Shown: positions 61,851 through 64,000 of the stretch, piece by piece | Layout: each line of letters opens with the position of its first letter | How positions within the stretch are numbered: position 1 is the first letter of the stretch | Assembly: GCA_017499595.2 (NCBI GenBank) | Contig: CM039008.1 | Span: forward strand, 1-64,000 | Direction: 5' to 3' | DNA: 64,000 nucleotides | Origin: Psilocybe cubensis | Lineage: Eukaryota | The notes under the pieces: generated by a model | What the model saw: only the letters and a program-made list of their open reading frames with translations | The model's database searches: none | Told to the model about the DNA's origin: nothing | Translations under genes and position numbers: made by a program

Positions 61851-64000
61851 AAGGCCTCGAGGACGATCTCAGGAACTCATTATTCGCAACACTACCGGAT
61901 GAGACCGGAGAGGCTGCTGTTGTAATAGAAGTAAATGAGAAAACCAAGGAAATCGGTATATGTGCCTATCAGACAAAAAAAGGGGGCTTTACCAAAAGAG
62001 AAGTAAGAGATGCGTTTCTCTTGCAGGCCCTAAACCACAAAATAATAAACAAAGAAGATAAGCGGAGGCTTAATAATTACTTTGTGGGAAAAGCCTACGA
62101 GGTACCCCATAAGAAACATACCGAACCTAGCCAGAAGGTATCAGTATTACAGGGGAAAAAGTATAAGCCAGTAGCACAAAAAGTAAGACCCATCTATACA
62201 GACCTACCAGACGAGTTCAGAATAGAACGAAACATAACAGGGGACCCGCTGGCAGACATGCCACCATTGAACCCACATCCGGTAGACTTCAAGCCGACCG
62301 GCAGGTATACCAAAGAAAGAAAAGAAGCCATGGACAAAGTCCATGATGGCAACTTCCTATGGCCAGAAGAAAGAAAATTAGTACATAATATTGTTATGAA
62401 TCAAGAACAAGCCTTCGCCTGGGAAGACAGTGAGCGTGGCCATTTCAAGGAAGAGTACTTTCCACCGGTCAAGATTCCCACCGTTGAGCATACGCCATGG
62501 GTATACAAAAATATACCCATACCCCCAGGACTATATGACGAAGTCTGCAAAATAATTAAGTCAAAACAAGCATCGGGGGTGTACGAGTTGTCAAACGCAT
62601 CATACCGGTCGAGGTGGTTTACAGTGATAAAGAAAGATGGAAAAAGTTTACGAATAGTACACAGCCTGGAACCGCTGAATGCAGTAACCATAGCTCACTC
62701 CGGAGTGCCCCCGGGAACAGATAATCTTGCAGCACACTTTGCTGGCCGCGCATGTGGAGGAATCTTCGACCTATATGTGGGATATGATGAGCGAAAAATC
62801 GACGAAAGGTTCAGAGACATGACGACATTCCAGACGCCGTTTGGGGCAATGAGGCTGGTCACCCTACCAATGGGATGGACCAACTCAGTCCCGATTTTCC
62901 ATGATGATGTTACCTATATCCTGCGGGAAGAAATCCCTCAAGTAACTATACCTTATATTGATGATGTGCCCGTTCGAGGACCCGCTAATAGGTATGAAGC
63001 CAACGGACAATATGAGACTATACCTGAGAATCAAGGCATCAGACGTTTCGTATGGGAACATTTACAGAATGTAAATCGAGTCCTGCAACGAATGAAATAT
63101 GCGGGTGGCACCTTTTCTGGGTATAAATCAGTACTGTGTGCCGATGAAATCACTGTAGTAGGGCATCGCTGCACATACACAGGAAGGAAACCACTAATCG
63201 AACGAGTTAAGGTCATCACTAACTGGGGACCGTGCACCGAATTAACAGATGTACGATCGTTTTTGGGCATTTGTGGGACCTTGAGAGCCTTCATACCCAA
63301 ATATACAGAGCGGGCCCACCATCTGCAAAAGTTAACAAGGAAAGAACGACCGTTTGAATGGACTGATAAGCAGGAGTTAAGCATGAACTTGTTAAAAGAA
63401 GGTGTACTTAATGCAAAATGCTTGCTGCCCATTGACTATGAAAATGGTGGTGCTGTGGTGCTTGCAGTAGACACATCATGGATGGCAATAGGGTATTATA
63501 TCTACCAAGAGCCTAGTCAGAAAGGAGATATAACGAGGTTTGTAAAATTTGGATCAATAATTTTGCACGACCATGAAGCCCGATATTCACAGCCAAAACG
63601 GGAGCTTTATGGTTTAAAACGGGCTCTGGCGGAAAACAGGGAATTATTAATAGGTTGCAGAAAGTTGATTGTCGAAATGGACGCAAAATACATAGATGGT
63701 ATGCTTAGAAACCCGGACATGATGCCCAATGCCACAATAAACCGATGGATTGAGCAAGTAATGATGTATCATTTTACGCTGAGGCATAAGCCAGGAAAGA
63801 CCTTTGGACCGGATGGCCTATCTAGACGGAAACATTATGAGGGGGATGACGAACCAAGAAGCAAGAGTGAAGAAGTAACTGAATGGATGCTGCCGCCAAC
63901 AGAATTTACGGGAATGCCGGAGGGGCTGCTGGCAATAACGGAATTTAAAGATAGTATTGACCCCCGAGGCGGATACACACAGATAATTCCAAGTCCTGTG
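61841..64000 (+). CDS. pol: Pol (RT + RNase H, partial), -1 frame relative to pro
   Basis: Hand translation: KKYKPVAQKVRP, LPMGWTNS, PYIDDVP, LAVDTS, YSQPKRELYG, GPDGLSR; no stop seen before the window end. Confidence 0.88.

Larger units (their letters stand above)
58390..64000 (+). mobile_element. Ty3/gypsy LTR retrotransposon (runs off window end); putative 5' LTR about 58390-59059, boundaries approximate
   Basis: gag-pro-RT-RNase H order; TATA-like GGTATAAATA about 58757; ...CTACA followed by a TGGTGAAGTCCCG PBS-like motif about 59064. Confidence 0.85.

Overview
This window is a left chromosome end, most likely from a basidiomycete fungus (inferred from the Ty3/gypsy type and the short intron). 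It begins with a terminal (TAAACCC)n tract (TTTAGGG telomere). About 34 kb follow as a head-to-tail array of an endonuclease-less, telomere-targeted Penelope-like retroelement (Coprina/Athena-type RT, about 1176 aa). All copies point 5' toward the telomere and are separated by telomeric repeats, and many are 5'-truncated. The element's terminal repeat (pLTR) carries a type I hammerhead ribozyme. In the 5' repeat of three full-length copies, a 929-nt group I (IC1-like) intron with no homing endonuclease splits this hammerhead inside its CU/C cleavage triplet. The other 13 repeats carry the precisely intron-less, intact hammerhead. The ORF also holds a retained 61-nt GC-AG intron that switches output between a basic ORF1 protein and the ORF1-RT fusion. 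Further in lie gene-poor subtelomeric DNA with degenerate repeats, an interstitial relic of the element with telomeric repeats at about 49 kb, and a Ty3/gypsy LTR retrotransposon with gag/pro/pol joined by two apparent -1 frameshift sites. All structures were assigned by eye; no searches or folding programs were run.
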